Shown here: positions 52,401 to 62,295 of the stretch, piece by piece
Layout of the letters: each line of letters begins with the position of its first letter
Numbering within the stretch: the stretch's first letter is position 1
NCBI GenBank assembly: GCA_042408205.1
Contig: JBHOQK010000029.1
Location: 1,407 to 65,406 of the forward strand
Origin: Dehalococcoidia bacterium
GTDB lineage: Bacteria > Chloroflexota > Dehalococcoidia > GIF9 > DYGU01
Reading direction: 5' to 3'
DNA: 64,000 nucleotides
Notes under the pieces: model-generated
Databases searched by the model: none
Told to the model about the DNA's origin: nothing
The model's input: the letters and a program-made list of their open reading frames with translations, nothing else
Program-made: the position numbers and the translations under genes

Positions 52401-52729
52401 TATATTATAGATTAGCCAGAATCAGCCAAAAACAAGAAATAGATGATATTACTCAAGAGTTAAAGGATAGATTTGGCAGCTTACCACCCCAAGTTAAAAA
52501 TTTATTAGACATGCTGGAAATAAAGCTACTCGCTATCGCCAGCGGTGTTGAATCCATTACCTCAGAAGCAAGGGAGATAATAATTAAATTAAACAAGGAA
52601 GGAAAAAAACTACCGTTAGATCTGGCAGGAATCAAAGTAGGAACAAGTCAAATAAGACTTAACAAAGATTACTTTGGAAGTAGGTGGCGGGAAGAGCTCA
52701 AAAAAATACTCCAGAAAATAGCCACTTAG
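49433..52729 (+). CDS. mfd: transcription-repair coupling factor Mfd
   Basis: UvrB-homology N-region, RNAP-interacting domain, DEAD/DEAH helicase motifs (GDVGYGKTEVA, DEEQRFG) and a TRG motif region; 1098 aa. Confidence 0.95.
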   Translation: MNFSGLLTLLKNTPPYQQLIQKLCQENKTQLVLLDAAKPFLIAALHQEFCCPILVLKAEPKESRKYYDELESWSPDSSHLYLFPEPDVLPYEELSPDITTTIERLRILSALTLGDPKTPLIVTSAIAITSKTLNPEDFATACHTVYTGMNIDLFHLLAKGQAIGYELEEIVEIPGTISHRGGIVDIFPPAYQLPIRIEFYGNQIESIRFFDPQSQKSLKSISSVTITPAKENLNNKPNTASILDYLPENTLLIIDNPEDIKVTIEELDKKVNDLLQKKRENGIIQSLPKPYFTWLELWEKLTKAKRKLILWSWDTTQESSDFSPSFPFISAPSYGGKLDLLVKDVNTALKKNETIVIVSHQAQRLSEFFQEKDLLIPVIQQIEKPPPPGSANLVQGFLAEGWAMKGGLTLITDREIFGFVKQRRLTKKRPVKRQWFLSQILPGDYVVHIEHGIGKFTGLTTMSVNGNEREYLVIEYAAGDRLYVPTDQIDRVTRYIGATDSPPALSRLGTQEWARTKQRIKNSVTNIAQELLTLYATREVIPGFAFSPDSIWQQELEASFPYQETPDQLEAIRAVKEDMEKAKPMDRLVCGDVGYGKTEVALRAAFKAVMDNKQVAFLVPTTVLAQQHFNTFSQRLKAFPIRVEMLSRFCSEKEQQTILEGLASGAVDICIGTHRLLQKDVSFKNLGLVIIDEEQRFGVIHKERLKQMRQEVDVLTLSATPIPRTLHMSLTGIKDISIMETPPEERLPIKTYVGHYNEQLIKEAILRELERNGQVFFVHNRIQTISDIAKKLKDLVPEAKIAIAHGRMPEEELEKVMLDFSNGQIDILVSTTIIESGLDMPNVNTLIVNQADRLGLTQLYQLRGRVGRGSHRAYAYFLFDKGKRLTPQAQKRLRTIFEATELGAGFNIAMKDLEIRGAGNLLGVEQSGHIAAVGFDLYCRLLAEAVEELKAKQSGKTLDKKTEFQPTIDLPLPAYIPEKYVPDPNTRIRLYYRLARISQKQEIDDITQELKDRFGSLPPQVKNLLDMLEIKLLAIASGVESITSEAREIIIKLNKEGKKLPLDLAGIKVGTSQIRLNKDYFGSRWREELKKILQKIAT

Positions 52730-53583
52730 CGCGCTAAAGGCTGAAACATATACCACTGGTCAACAAACTGCCTCACCCTCCTTTCTAAAGCATTAACAAT
52801 ATGTTGGGTAAATTCTTTAATATCCTTCTTTAAATTGCCACTGGGATAGAATTTAATACGTTCGCCAATAAAGGCATAAAAAGTATTATTAGATAAACGC
52901 ACCAACCCACAGGGAAGGACTTTAGCTCCAGTTCTGAGAGCTAAAGTGGCTGCCCCACTTGGTATTGTAGCAGAACGGTCACCAAATCTGACTTCTACTC
53001 CATTTTTATGTTTATTATGGTCAATCAGAAGTGCTAAAAGCTCGTTTCGCCGCAAGACCTCTACCATTTTTGTTATCCCTTCTTTAGTGGCAATAACCTT
53101 TACTCCTAAATTAGCTCGCAATTTCACGGCAAATTCGTCCAAATGTTTTAATTTAAAAGTCTCGACAATAACACTGAGGCGATAACCCAGTCGGCTGAGA
53201 GCCTTTACACCCAAATCCCAATTTCCTATATGAAAGCTAACCAAGATTGCCCCTTTCCCTTCCCTTAAAGCCAAATCAATATTTTCTAAACCACAAATAA
53301 TCACTTTCTCTTTGGTAATTTTAGTTTTAGAACCGGAGAAACGAAGGAAATCAACACAATATTTGCAAAAATTTCGCATCACCTGCTTAGTTATGTTTAC
53401 GGCTACTTTATCATTAGCTTGGTCACCCAAAACTAAGGCAACATTTTGGAGCATACTTTTTCGACCCCTTGACCAAATCCCATAAAGAATATCCCCCACC
53501 CTATTAGCCAAAAAATAGCAAAAGGAAGACGGTAATCGATTAACTACAAATTGGCAAAATTTGAGGAAATAATAAACTGGCAT
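52726..53583 (-). CDS. lysophospholipid/lipid-A-type acyltransferase (LPLAT, HtrB/LpxL-like family)
   Basis: HX4D acyltransferase motif (FHIGNWD) and LpxL/HtrB-like architecture; 285 aa. Confidence 0.7.
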   Translation of the reverse strand: MPVYYFLKFCQFVVNRLPSSFCYFLANRVGDILYGIWSRGRKSMLQNVALVLGDQANDKVAVNITKQVMRNFCKYCVDFLRFSGSKTKITKEKVIICGLENIDLALREGKGAILVSFHIGNWDLGVKALSRLGYRLSVIVETFKLKHLDEFAVKLRANLGVKVIATKEGITKMVEVLRRNELLALLIDHNKHKNGVEVRFGDRSATIPSGAATLALRTGAKVLPCGLVRLSNNTFYAFIGERIKFYPSGNLKKDIKEFTQHIVNALERRVRQFVDQWYMFQPLAR

Positions 53584-53748
53584 TTATTCAACAACACCAA
53601 AGGTAATTCCTAAAAAGCTACATTTGTAATCTAACAGAGCTTGCCTAAAGTCAATTAGGAAATTAAGCCAGAGCAGTAAGCCTTGATTGCTAATTTTTCT
53701 AAGTTTGAGTTATACTTTTACAGGGCGGTAGCTGTTTGTCTTTAAAAG

Positions 53749-53892
53749 TTATTCTTTTATCGTGAATACCCCGATAAAGGCTAAGATAGCAGCTATCGCT
53801 CCGAAAATTATATCATCCCAAGTAGCTTTAACAAAGGAATTAAAAAATACCCAGACACCTAAAGAACATATCGCTAAACTTAGCCACTTCAT
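53749..53892 (-). CDS. small hydrophobic membrane protein (47 aa), hypothetical; below the ORF-track cutoff
   Basis: Hand translation: MKWLSLAICSLGVWVFFNSFVKATWDDIIFGAIAAILAFIGVFTIKE (two TM-like segments). Strong Shine-Dalgarno GAAAGGAGGTGAAACAGG directly upstream of the ATG. The overlapping plus-strand 76-aa ORF 53762..53992 has no Shine-Dalgarno and low-complexity content. Confidence 0.5.
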   Translation of the reverse strand: MKWLSLAICSLGVWVFFNSFVKATWDDIIFGAIAAILAFIGVFTIKE

Positions 53893-54038
53893 CCTGTTTC
53901 ACCTCCTTTCTGTTCTATTTCTAAAGAACAAGGCAATACTGCCCTGGCTTCAAAGTATTATACCTCGGATAACTATGCTCAGCTTAGCATAAAAATTTTC
54001 ATTAGTCAAGTCTCTAAGACCCTCCTTATTATTTCCCT

Positions 54039-54066
54039 TGTTCAACTTATATTACCTTGTTATAAT
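54039..54066 (+). promoter_or_regulatory. candidate sigma-70-type promoter for proBA (TTGTTC-16 nt-TATAAT), predicting a leaderless or near-leaderless proB mRNA
   Basis: TTGTTC at 54039-44 and a perfect TATAAT at 54061-66. The best proB start (ATG 54074, MSYQRIVAKFGTS...) lies 8 nt downstream with no Shine-Dalgarno. Confidence 0.35.
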
Positions 54067-54073
54067 GAAACCA

Positions 54074-55195
54074 ATGTCCTATCAACGTATAGTAGCCAAG
54101 TTCGGCACAAGTCTGCTCACTGGAGGTACTGAACGCCTTGACCTGGAAATTATGGCAAGCCTGGTTGGGCAAGTAGCCCAGCTTCGCCAGCAGGGAAAAG
54201 AAATTATAATTGTTTCTTCAGGGGCTATTGCCGCCGGCAAGCAAAAGCTTGGCTTACTCAAAGAGCGTAAGGACATACCTTTTAAACAAGTATTAGCCTC
54301 TGTAGGACAAAGCCACTTAATGCATGCTTATGAACAGCTTTTTAGCTGGCACAATATCATAGTAGCTCAAGCCCTTCTTACCAAAATCGATATTTCTGAT
54401 CGAGCTGGTTATTTAAATGCTCGCAATACACTGTTGACTCTCCTTGAATTAGGTGTTGTTTGCATTGTTAACGAGAATGATGTGGTAGCCATTGACGAAA
54501 TTGAAGGTGCTACTTTTGGTGACAATGACAACCTTTCAGCCATGGTATGTAATTTAATCGATGCTGACCTCTTGGTACTGCTTACCGATGTAGAGGGTCT
54601 TTATTCCGCTGACCCCCATCACGAGCCCAATGCCCGCCTCATATCCAGAGTAGATAAAATTGATGCTGAGATTGAGCGGATAGCAAGTATTGCCTTCAGC
54701 TCCCAAGGTACCGGGGGAATGAAAACCAAAATTGAAGCAGCTAAACTGGCAACAGCTTCAGGAACGACTGTGGTCATTGCTAACGGCAGACAACCTAATG
54801 TTCTCGTTAGAATTGTCAAAGGAGAGCCAATCGGTACTTTATTTACCCCCAGGGTAAGCAAGTTGGAAAGTAAGAAGCGGTGGTTAATTAGTCAGCTATC
54901 TTCTAAAGGTAAACTAATTCTTGATGCTGGGGCTACCAAAGCTATTAAAGAGCAAGGCAAAAGCTTACTCCCAGCAGGAATTATCAGTGCCGAAGGTAAT
55001 TTTCAACGAGGCGATGTGATAGCTATCTTCGACCAAAATAATAACCAGCTTGGCTGTGGTATAGTTAATTATAGTAGTAAAGACATTAATCTTATTAAGG
55101 GTGTCCACTCAGATAAAATTGTGACGATCCTCGGCTATGAATATGGTAGTGAAGTAATCCATCGCAACAATATGGTAGTCTTAGACAAAGACTAA
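54074..55195 (+). CDS. proB: glutamate 5-kinase with C-terminal PUA domain
   Basis: N-terminus IVAKFGTSLLTGG matches the ProB family (…VVKLGTSVLTGG). Amino-acid kinase fold plus PUA. The ORF track starts earlier, at 54038. Confidence 0.9.
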   Translation: MSYQRIVAKFGTSLLTGGTERLDLEIMASLVGQVAQLRQQGKEIIIVSSGAIAAGKQKLGLLKERKDIPFKQVLASVGQSHLMHAYEQLFSWHNIIVAQALLTKIDISDRAGYLNARNTLLTLLELGVVCIVNENDVVAIDEIEGATFGDNDNLSAMVCNLIDADLLVLLTDVEGLYSADPHHEPNARLISRVDKIDAEIERIASIAFSSQGTGGMKTKIEAAKLATASGTTVVIANGRQPNVLVRIVKGEPIGTLFTPRVSKLESKKRWLISQLSSKGKLILDAGATKAIKEQGKSLLPAGIISAEGNFQRGDVIAIFDQNNNQLGCGIVNYSSKDINLIKGVHSDKIVTILGYEYGSEVIHRNNMVVLDKD

Positions 55196-55219
55196 TAAGC
55201 TTCTGCGGAGAAAAGCTTA

Positions 55220-56509
55220 ATGATTGAAAAGAAAACCGAACAAGCTATAAAAGAACTGGAAGAAAAAGGGGAATTAGCTAAAAAAGCCTCCAAAAAGCTG
55301 GCTTTCCTTTCTACAGAAATCAAAAATAGAGCTTTGCTTGCCATTGCTGAAGCCCTTATAACTAAAAAGGATGAAATTCTTGCGGCAAATGCCCTTGATT
55401 GTCAGAAAGCCAAAATCTCTGGAATGAGTTTAGCTATGATTGACCGCCTCCTCTTATCACCAAGCCGGCTGGAGGCTATAAGTCAGGATGTAAAAGCAGT
55501 AGCTGCCCTACCTGACCCGGTAGGAGAAATTTATGAAATGCGAACTTTACCCAATGGTTTACAAGTAGGTAAAAAACGAGTCCCTTTAGGGGTTATTGGT
55601 GCTATATATGAAAGCCGACCTAATGTCACTGTTGATATTTCAGTTCTCTGCCTCAAATCAGGTAATAGCGTTATTCTCCGTGGCGGTAAGGAAGCCATTA
55701 ATTCCAATTTAGCTCTGGCAAAAGTAGTTCAGGAAGCAGCTTATCAAGCTGGGATCCCGGAAGGAGCGGTGCAGTTTATTGAATCAACCGACCGAGCTTT
55801 AGTTAATCACATGCTTAAAATGAGACATATTATTGATTTATTAATTCCAAGAGGTGGGGCAGAGTTAATAAAATTTGTGACGGATAATGCCACTATGCCT
55901 GTGGTTGCTGGTGGTATTGGTGTCTGTCATACCTATGTAGACAAAAGCACCAACATAGATAAAGCAGTAGCCATTGCCTATAATGCTAAAGTGCAACGCC
56001 CTACTGTTTGTAATGCTTTAGATACTTTACTTGTCCATAAAGATATTGCCGAGCAATTTTTACCCTTAATTGCCCAAGAATGGGCAAAGGCTGGAGTAGA
56101 GATGCGTTGTGATGAACAGGCTTTGTCCATTCTAAAATCTATTCCTTCCTTAAAACTTGTGCCAGCAACCGAAAATGATTGGGGGAAAGAATTTTTAGCG
56201 CTGATTGCAGCAGTAAAGATAGTTAACTCCCTGGATGAAGCCTTATACCATATAGAAAAATATGGTTCCGGACATTCAGAAGCTATAGTCACTGAAGATT
56301 ATTCTGCCGCTATGCGTTTTATCAACGAAGTCGATGCTGCCTGTGTTTATGTTAATGCCAGCACTCGCTTTACTGATGGTAGTCAGCTTGGTTTAGGCAC
56401 TGAAGTGGGAATAAGCACCCAGAAGTTCCACGCCCGGGGTCCTATGGGGCTAAAGGAATTAACTAGCTATAAATGGATTATCCTTGGCAGTGGTCAAGTG
56501 CGCCTATAA
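55220..56509 (+). CDS. proA: gamma-glutamyl phosphate reductase
   Basis: Aldehyde dehydrogenase fold with catalytic Cys region ([13 protein letters not shown]); follows proB. Confidence 0.92.
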   Translation: MIEKKTEQAIKELEEKGELAKKASKKLAFLSTEIKNRALLAIAEALITKKDEILAANALDCQKAKISGMSLAMIDRLLLSPSRLEAISQDVKAVAALPDPVGEIYEMRTLPNGLQVGKKRVPLGVIGAIYESRPNVTVDISVLCLKSGNSVILRGGKEAINSNLALAKVVQEAAYQAGIPEGAVQFIESTDRALVNHMLKMRHIIDLLIPRGGAELIKFVTDNATMPVVAGGIGVCHTYVDKSTNIDKAVAIAYNAKVQRPTVCNALDTLLVHKDIAEQFLPLIAQEWAKAGVEMRCDEQALSILKSIPSLKLVPATENDWGKEFLALIAAVKIVNSLDEALYHIEKYGSGHSEAIVTEDYSAAMRFINEVDAACVYVNASTRFTDGSQLGLGTEVGISTQKFHARGPMGLKELTSYKWIILGSGQVRL

Positions 56510-57212
56510 CTCGCTTCTGAATCTGAAACAATTCTTTTATGCCCTTTTCAGCTAAAGACAGTAAAGAATCCATAATCTCGCGGGAAAAAGGTCTAGTCTC
56601 GGCTGTTCCTTGGATTTCAACAAATTCCCCTTTATCGGTCATAACCACATTAAAATCAACTTCAGCCCGGTAATCTTCATCATAGCAGAGGTCGAGAAGA
56701 ACTTCTCCATCCACAATACCTACACTAACCGCAGCTACAGCCGCTTTTAACGGAATTTCTTCCAAGACCCCTTTCTTCTTCAAATTAGACAAAGCCTGGA
56801 ATAGAGCCACATAGCCCCCAGTAATAGCTGCGGTTCGAGTGCCACCATCCGCTTGTAACACATCACAATCCACAATAAGAGTCCTTTCACCTAAAGTTGA
56901 TAAATCAACAACAGCCCTGAGACTACGACCAATAAGGCGTTGAATTTCTTGACTCCTGCCAGCAATCCTCCCGGAAACAATATCTCTCGGAGTTCGAGTA
57001 ATAGTAGAACGGGGTAACATAGCATACTCGGCTGTAATCCAACCGCTACCCTGACCTTTAAGAAACCCGGGTACCCTTTCCTCAACACTCACCGCACACA
57101 AAACTCGGGTCTTCCCCTGTTCAATCAAAACCGAACCTTCAGCAAAGGCTTGATAACCCAAAGTAATCTGTACCGGACGTAATTCATCTTTGGCTCGACC
57201 ATCAATCCTCAT
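56478..57212 (-). CDS. rph: ribonuclease PH
   Basis: [17 protein letters not shown]... aligns with the RNase PH N-terminus (MRPAGR..VRPV). The ORF track extends 12 codons further, to 57248. Confidence 0.9.
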   Translation of the reverse strand: MRIDGRAKDELRPVQITLGYQAFAEGSVLIEQGKTRVLCAVSVEERVPGFLKGQGSGWITAEYAMLPRSTITRTPRDIVSGRIAGRSQEIQRLIGRSLRAVVDLSTLGERTLIVDCDVLQADGGTRTAAITGGYVALFQALSNLKKKGVLEEIPLKAAVAAVSVGIVDGEVLLDLCYDEDYRAEVDFNVVMTDKGEFVEIQGTAETRPFSREIMDSLLSLAEKGIKELFQIQKRVIGALDHCQG

Positions 57213-57329
57213 TAACCTAAGTATAGCAATTGTCCTCCAGGACAACAATTTGGCTTGCTTTCGCCAACACTATTAGTTACAATTTCATCAGTTACCAGAA
57301 GCAAGCCTGGAAAGGAAGGTTGCTGAAAT

Positions 57330-58991
57330 ATGGTCACACGAGCTAAAAGTAAACAAGAATGGTATGAAACTACTTTTGTTCCATCTCTAAAGCGACTCCC
57401 AGAACGGCAGGAAAAGTTTAAAACAACCTCCGACATAGAAATTGAACCCGTCTACACCCCCGAAGACCTTCAGGATTTCAACTATGACACTGATTTGGGT
57501 TATCCCGGAGAATATCCTTTTACTCGGGGTATCCAACCTACCATGTATCGGAGTAGACTATGGACTATGCGCCAGTATGCCGGTTTTGGCACTGCCGAGG
57601 AATCAAATCGCCGTTACCGCTATCTATTAGAGCAAGGACAAACTGGATTAAGTGTTGCCTTTGACCTGCCAACTCAAATTGGCTATGACTCCGACCATCC
57701 TTTAGCTCGGGGAGAGGTCGGGAAAGTTGGAGTGGCTATAGATACTCTCCGAGACATGGAAATTTTGTTTGATAACATTCCATTGGATAAAGTCAGCACT
57801 TCTATGACCATCAATGCTACAGCTCCTATTTTGTTAGCTATGTATATTGCTTTGGCTAAAAAGCAAGGAGTTGACCCAGCTAAACTTGAGGGCACTACCC
57901 AAAACGATATCCTTAAAGAATATATTGCCCGAGGAACCTATATCTTTCCACCCCGCCCATCAATGCGCCTCACCACAGATATTTTCGCTTATTGTAGTAA
58001 ATATCTTCCCCGGTGGAATACTATCAGCATTAGTGGTTATCACATTAGAGAAGCCGGAGCCACCGCTGTCCAAGAAATTGCCTTCACCTTAGCCAATGGT
58101 ATTGCTTATGTCCAAGCTGCCATTGAGGCAGGTCTAGATGTGGATACCTTTGCCGGCAGATTATCCTTCTTTTTTGACAGCCATAATAATCTTTTTGAAG
58201 AAGTAGCTAAATTCCGGGCGGCTCGTCGCCTCTGGGCAAAAATTATGCGAGAGCGATTTAAAGCTAAAGACCCTCGCTCCTGGATGCTCCGGTTTCATAC
58301 CCAAACTGCTGGCTGTACCCTAACCGCCCAACAACCTTTTAACAATATTATCCGAGTCACCATCCAAGCCTTAGCTGCTGTCTTAGGCGGAACCCAATCT
58401 TTGCATACCAATTCCTATGACGAGGCTTATGCCCCACCTTGCGAAGAAGCAGTGACAATAGCTTTACGCACTCAGCAAATCTTAGCTTATGAAAGTGGTA
58501 TTGGTGATGTCATCGACCCCTTGGGGGGTGCTTACTTTATTGAAAAGCTTACCAATACCTTAGAAAAAGAAGCAACTCAATATATTGCTAAAATTGACAG
58601 CCTCGGCGGTGCTGTCGCTGCTATTGAACAGGGATTTCAGCAACGAGAGATTCAAGAAAGCTCTTACCAATATCAAAGAGAGGTTGAGAAGGGGCAACGA
58701 ATTATAGTGGGTGTCAACAAATTCATCTCTCCATTCCCAAAAATTTCTGGATTGCTCCGGGTTGATATTGAACAAGAAAAAAGACAACTAGCACGCCTAA
58801 GTCAGGTAAAAAAGGAAAGAGACAATGCCCTAGTAGCTAAAACCCTTATGGAATTGGAAGAGGTTGCCAAAAGCCAGGAAAATATAATGCCAGCTCTCAT
58901 CCAATGTGTGGAAAGTTACGCCACCATTGGGGAAATATGCAATGTTTTGCGTAAAGTCTTCGGTACACAGAAAGAATACCTTGTCTTTTAA
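57330..58991 (+). CDS. B12-dependent acyl-CoA mutase large (catalytic, TIM-barrel) subunit, methylmalonyl-CoA mutase-like, lacking a fused B12-binding domain
   Basis: MCM substrate-barrel motifs ([58 protein letters not shown]). 553 aa with no C-terminal DxHxxG B12 domain. AAGGAAGG Shine-Dalgarno upstream. Confidence 0.88.
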   Translation: MVTRAKSKQEWYETTFVPSLKRLPERQEKFKTTSDIEIEPVYTPEDLQDFNYDTDLGYPGEYPFTRGIQPTMYRSRLWTMRQYAGFGTAEESNRRYRYLLEQGQTGLSVAFDLPTQIGYDSDHPLARGEVGKVGVAIDTLRDMEILFDNIPLDKVSTSMTINATAPILLAMYIALAKKQGVDPAKLEGTTQNDILKEYIARGTYIFPPRPSMRLTTDIFAYCSKYLPRWNTISISGYHIREAGATAVQEIAFTLANGIAYVQAAIEAGLDVDTFAGRLSFFFDSHNNLFEEVAKFRAARRLWAKIMRERFKAKDPRSWMLRFHTQTAGCTLTAQQPFNNIIRVTIQALAAVLGGTQSLHTNSYDEAYAPPCEEAVTIALRTQQILAYESGIGDVIDPLGGAYFIEKLTNTLEKEATQYIAKIDSLGGAVAAIEQGFQQREIQESSYQYQREVEKGQRIIVGVNKFISPFPKISGLLRVDIEQEKRQLARLSQVKKERDNALVAKTLMELEEVAKSQENIMPALIQCVESYATIGEICNVLRKVFGTQKEYLVF

Positions 58992-59002
58992 GGAGACAAA
59001 AG

Positions 59003-60142
59003 ATGGATTTTGAGCTTACTGAAGAACAAAAAATGTTCCAACTTATGGTACGTGACTTTGCCACTAAAGAGGTAAAACCGAAAGCTGCCCAAGTTGACGA
59101 AGAGGAAATGTTCCCAGCTGAAAATATTAAAAAAATGGCTGAATTAGGGCTTTTTGGAGTTTGCATTCCTGAAAAGTATGGAGGCAGTGGGGGGGACTTT
59201 ATCTGTATGACTATAGCCACCGAAGAATTATCTCGCGCCTGTGGTAGTACTGGAGCCATTTATTTAGCAGCTCATTCCCTATCTAGCTATCCAATATATA
59301 AATTTGGCAACGAAGAGCAAAGACAGCGCTTTGTCCCTCGCCTGACTAAAGGTGAAATTTTAGCTTGCTTTGCCCTTACTGAACCTGGAGCTGGCAGTGA
59401 TGCCGGTGCCTTAGAAACTACGGCTACTCGAGAAAAGGACAGTTTTGTCCTTAATGGAACTAAAATTTTTATCACTAATGGCGCTGAAGCAGGGGTAGCC
59501 CTGGTTTTTGCCACCATCGACCGCTCTCTGGGACACCGCGGTATCACTGCCTTTATTGTCGAAAAAGGAACCCCAGGTTTTTCAGTAGGCAAGCGGGAGA
59601 AAAAATTTGGCATCAGGGGCTCTTCCACCGTCGAGTTAATCTTTGAAAACTGCCGAATACCAGCTCTTAACCAAATAGGTGAAACCGGACGAGGACTCAG
59701 GTTAGCTTTAGAAGCTATAGATGGCAGTCGGATAAATGTTGCCGCTCAAGCTGTTGGAATTGCCCAAGCAGCTCTTGATGACTCTCTAAAGTACGCTAAG
59801 GAACGAAAGCAGTTTGGTCAACCCATTATTAATTTCCAGGCTATTCAGTGGATGTTAGCTGATATGGCAACAGGCATTGAAGCTGCTCGGCTTCTTACTT
59901 ACAAAGCCGCTTTCCTAAAAGACAAAGATAAGCCTTTTGTAAAGGAAGCAGCTATGGCAAAAGTTTTTGCCGCTGAAGTTGCCCGAATGGTTACCAACAA
60001 TGCTATCCAAATTCATGGTGGTTACGGATATTGTAAAGATTACCCTGTAGAACGCTACCTGCGTGATGCTAAAATAACCGAAATATATGAAGGAACTTCA
60101 GAAATGCAGAGGATGACTATCATCCGAAATCTGATGCAGTAA
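59003..60142 (+). CDS. acyl-CoA dehydrogenase (short/branched-chain type)
   Basis: ACAD fold with catalytic-base region YEGTSEMQRM and a FAD-binding middle domain; 379 aa. Confidence 0.9.
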   Translation: MDFELTEEQKMFQLMVRDFATKEVKPKAAQVDEEEMFPAENIKKMAELGLFGVCIPEKYGGSGGDFICMTIATEELSRACGSTGAIYLAAHSLSSYPIYKFGNEEQRQRFVPRLTKGEILACFALTEPGAGSDAGALETTATREKDSFVLNGTKIFITNGAEAGVALVFATIDRSLGHRGITAFIVEKGTPGFSVGKREKKFGIRGSSTVELIFENCRIPALNQIGETGRGLRLALEAIDGSRINVAAQAVGIAQAALDDSLKYAKERKQFGQPIINFQAIQWMLADMATGIEAARLLTYKAAFLKDKDKPFVKEAAMAKVFAAEVARMVTNNAIQIHGGYGYCKDYPVERYLRDAKITEIYEGTSEMQRMTIIRNLMQ

Positions 60143-60164
60143 TTTCAAAGGCGAAGGGGGAACG

Positions 60165-60566
60165 ATGATAAGAAAAGTTGACCATATAGCCATTGTGGTG
60201 AAAAATTTAGACGAAGCTCTTCAACTTTATGAAAAACTATTGGGAGTAAAGCCAGCTAAAATTGAAACCATATCTCAGCAAGGAGTAAAAGCAGCTCTCC
60301 TCCCTTTAGCTGAAGGGGGTGAAATTGAGCTTATAGAACCTATTAACCCGGAAAGTGGTGTCGCCAAATTTTTAGAAAGCCGTGGGGAAGGTCTTCACCA
60401 TATTTGCCTTGAAGTTGACAACGTTGATCAAGAGCTGTCTCTTTTAGCTGAGAAAGGTGTCCATTTAATAGACAAACAAGGACGCCCTGGTCTTGCCGGT
60501 AAAGTTGGCTTTATTCACCCTAAAGCAACTAAAGGGGTACTTATTGAGCTTGCCCAGAAAGTATAA
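60165..60566 (+). CDS. methylmalonyl-CoA epimerase (VOC/glyoxalase family)
   Basis: 133-aa VOC fold, VDHIAIVV...HHICLEVDN metal-ligand pattern typical of MCEE, positioned inside the mutase gene set. Confidence 0.8.
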   Translation: MIRKVDHIAIVVKNLDEALQLYEKLLGVKPAKIETISQQGVKAALLPLAEGGEIELIEPINPESGVAKFLESRGEGLHHICLEVDNVDQELSLLAEKGVHLIDKQGRPGLAGKVGFIHPKATKGVLIELAQKV

Positions 60567-60602
60567 TTTACCTTAAAAAGCTTTCGGGAGGTGATTTATT
60601 TT

Positions 60603-61019
60603 ATGAAAGGAAGCAAAATAAGAGTTTTGGTAGCAAAGCCAGGACTTGATGGGCATGACCGGGGGGCTAAAGTAGTTGCCCGAGCCCTTCGCGATGCTGG
60701 CATGGAGGTTATTTACACCGGAATTCGACAAACTCCCCAAATGATTGTTGAAGCTGCCATCCAAGAAGATGTGGATGTGGTTGGCTTAAGTATTCTTTCC
60801 GGAGCTCACTTAGAACTTTTCCCCCCCATTATTGAAGGCTTAAAGAAAAAAGGAAAAGGTGACGTTTTGATTGTTGCTGGCGGTATAATCCCTGATGAAG
60901 ATATCCCAATCCTTAAGGAAATGGGAGTAAAAGCCGTTTTTGGTCCTGGTACTTCTACAGATACAATTGTGGAGTTCATCAAGCAAGAAATAGAAGCTAA
61001 AAAGTCCCAAACAGGTTAA
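60603..61019 (+). CDS. acyl-CoA mutase B12-binding (small) subunit
   Basis: Canonical cobalamin-binding motif [25 protein letters not shown] (DxHxxG). GGGAGGTG Shine-Dalgarno lies 11 nt before ATG 60603; the GTG 60591 start in the ORF track sits inside the Shine-Dalgarno. Confidence 0.88.
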   Translation: MKGSKIRVLVAKPGLDGHDRGAKVVARALRDAGMEVIYTGIRQTPQMIVEAAIQEDVDVVGLSILSGAHLELFPPIIEGLKKKGKGDVLIVAGGIIPDEDIPILKEMGVKAVFGPGTSTDTIVEFIKQEIEAKKSQTG

Positions 61020-61942
61020 TTTCGAGCTACACCTATAAGGTCGGTGATCTTTGATATTTTCTCCCTTTCCATAAAAGCTTTTATTTCTTCCACAATATCC
61101 AGAGCTATACCGGGATGACTAAAATTAGCTGTGCCAACTTGAACTGCCGTCGCTCCAGCCATTAAAAATTCTATAGCATCATTACCACTCCTAATCCCCC
61201 CACAACCCACTACCGGAATATCTACAGCTTCCGAAACCTTATACACCAGGTACAAAGCTATAGGCTTAATCCCAGGACCAGAAAGCCCACCAGTAATATT
61301 GCCCAAGACAGGTTTTCTTTTAAATACATCAATTGCCATCCCTCTAATTGTATTAATCAAAGAGATGGCGTCAGCCCCCGCTTCCATTACTGCTAAAGCA
61401 ATCTCAGTTATATCTGTTACATTAGGACTCAGTTTGACTAATACTGGAAGGCTTGTTTTAGCTTTGACTATTGCCGTTACTTTAGCTGCCAGCTTTGGAT
61501 TTGTGCCAAACTCTATTCCCCCCGCCTCAATATTAGGACAACTAATGTTTACCTCTATTCCTTTTATACCAGGAGTTCCCTCTAATCTGGAAGCTATTTC
61601 CCCATATTCTTCTATAGTCTCCCCAGCAATATTAACTATTACTGGAACTTGCCACCTTGCCCAAATTGGTGCCTTTTCGTTAATTAAAGCATCAACACCA
61701 ATATTTTCTAAACCTATAGAATTAAGCAAGCCAAAGGGAGTTTCAACCAAACGCGGTTGAGGATTACCTTCCTTCGGTTTAAGGGTAGTCCCCTTACATA
61801 CAATAGCACCCAACTTTTGAATATCCACAAGCTGGCTATACTCTATACCATAACCAAAAGTCCCCGCCGCCGTCATTACTGGATTGGCTAAAAGAAGTCC
61901 CTTGGGGTGTTTTGGGGCTAACTGAACTGAAAGGTCTATCAA
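61016..61942 (-). CDS. pyrD: dihydroorotate dehydrogenase catalytic subunit (class 1B, PyrD)
   Basis: Class-1 DHOD TIM barrel with catalytic Cys (NISCPN) and FMN-binding motifs ([11 protein letters not shown]). Confidence 0.88.
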   Translation of the reverse strand: MIDLSVQLAPKHPKGLLLANPVMTAAGTFGYGIEYSQLVDIQKLGAIVCKGTTLKPKEGNPQPRLVETPFGLLNSIGLENIGVDALINEKAPIWARWQVPVIVNIAGETIEEYGEIASRLEGTPGIKGIEVNISCPNIEAGGIEFGTNPKLAAKVTAIVKAKTSLPVLVKLSPNVTDITEIALAVMEAGADAISLINTIRGMAIDVFKRKPVLGNITGGLSGPGIKPIALYLVYKVSEAVDIPVVGCGGIRSGNDAIEFLMAGATAVQVGTANFSHPGIALDIVEEIKAFMEREKISKITDLIGVARN

Positions 61943-61955
61943 CTTGACTCTTACT

Positions 61956-62276
61956 CTAAACTTTAACCTCAGGTAATAAATTCTGAACTGCCTTAACTTT
62001 ATCTTTTATTGTTTGCCACTTATCTCGGCGGTCATCTATTTTAAGGGTGGTAACTACCCGGGATACCCCTAATTGAAAGGGAACTTCATGCATCTCTTGA
62101 ACTATCTCTAAAATCTGCTTTAAAGGACCTTGTATAATCGTTCCCATAGCTGTCAGTTGATAAACCAGCCCCCTCCTTTCTAATTTCTCCACACAAGCCG
62201 CAACGTAACGACTAAGTCCAGTTTCTCCGGTGCCTATAGGAATAATACTCAGCTCGGCAATGACTTCTCTTTCCAT
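61956..62276 (-). CDS. MTH1187/YkoF-family (DUF77) small thiamine/ligand-binding protein
   Basis: Family-typical N-terminus ELSIIPIGTGETGLSRYVA and size of about 100 aa. Confidence 0.7.
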   Translation of the reverse strand: MEREVIAELSIIPIGTGETGLSRYVAACVEKLERRGLVYQLTAMGTIIQGPLKQILEIVQEMHEVPFQLGVSRVVTTLKIDDRRDKWQTIKDKVKAVQNLLPEVKV

Positions 62277-62295
62277 ATTAAACCTCTGTTAGTTT

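Noticed and set aside
53762-53992. 76-aa plus-strand ORF (MNTPIKAKIAAIAPKII...)
   Set aside because: No ribosome-binding site and odd composition. The opposite strand carries a short membrane-peptide ORF with a very strong Shine-Dalgarno, which is the more plausible gene.
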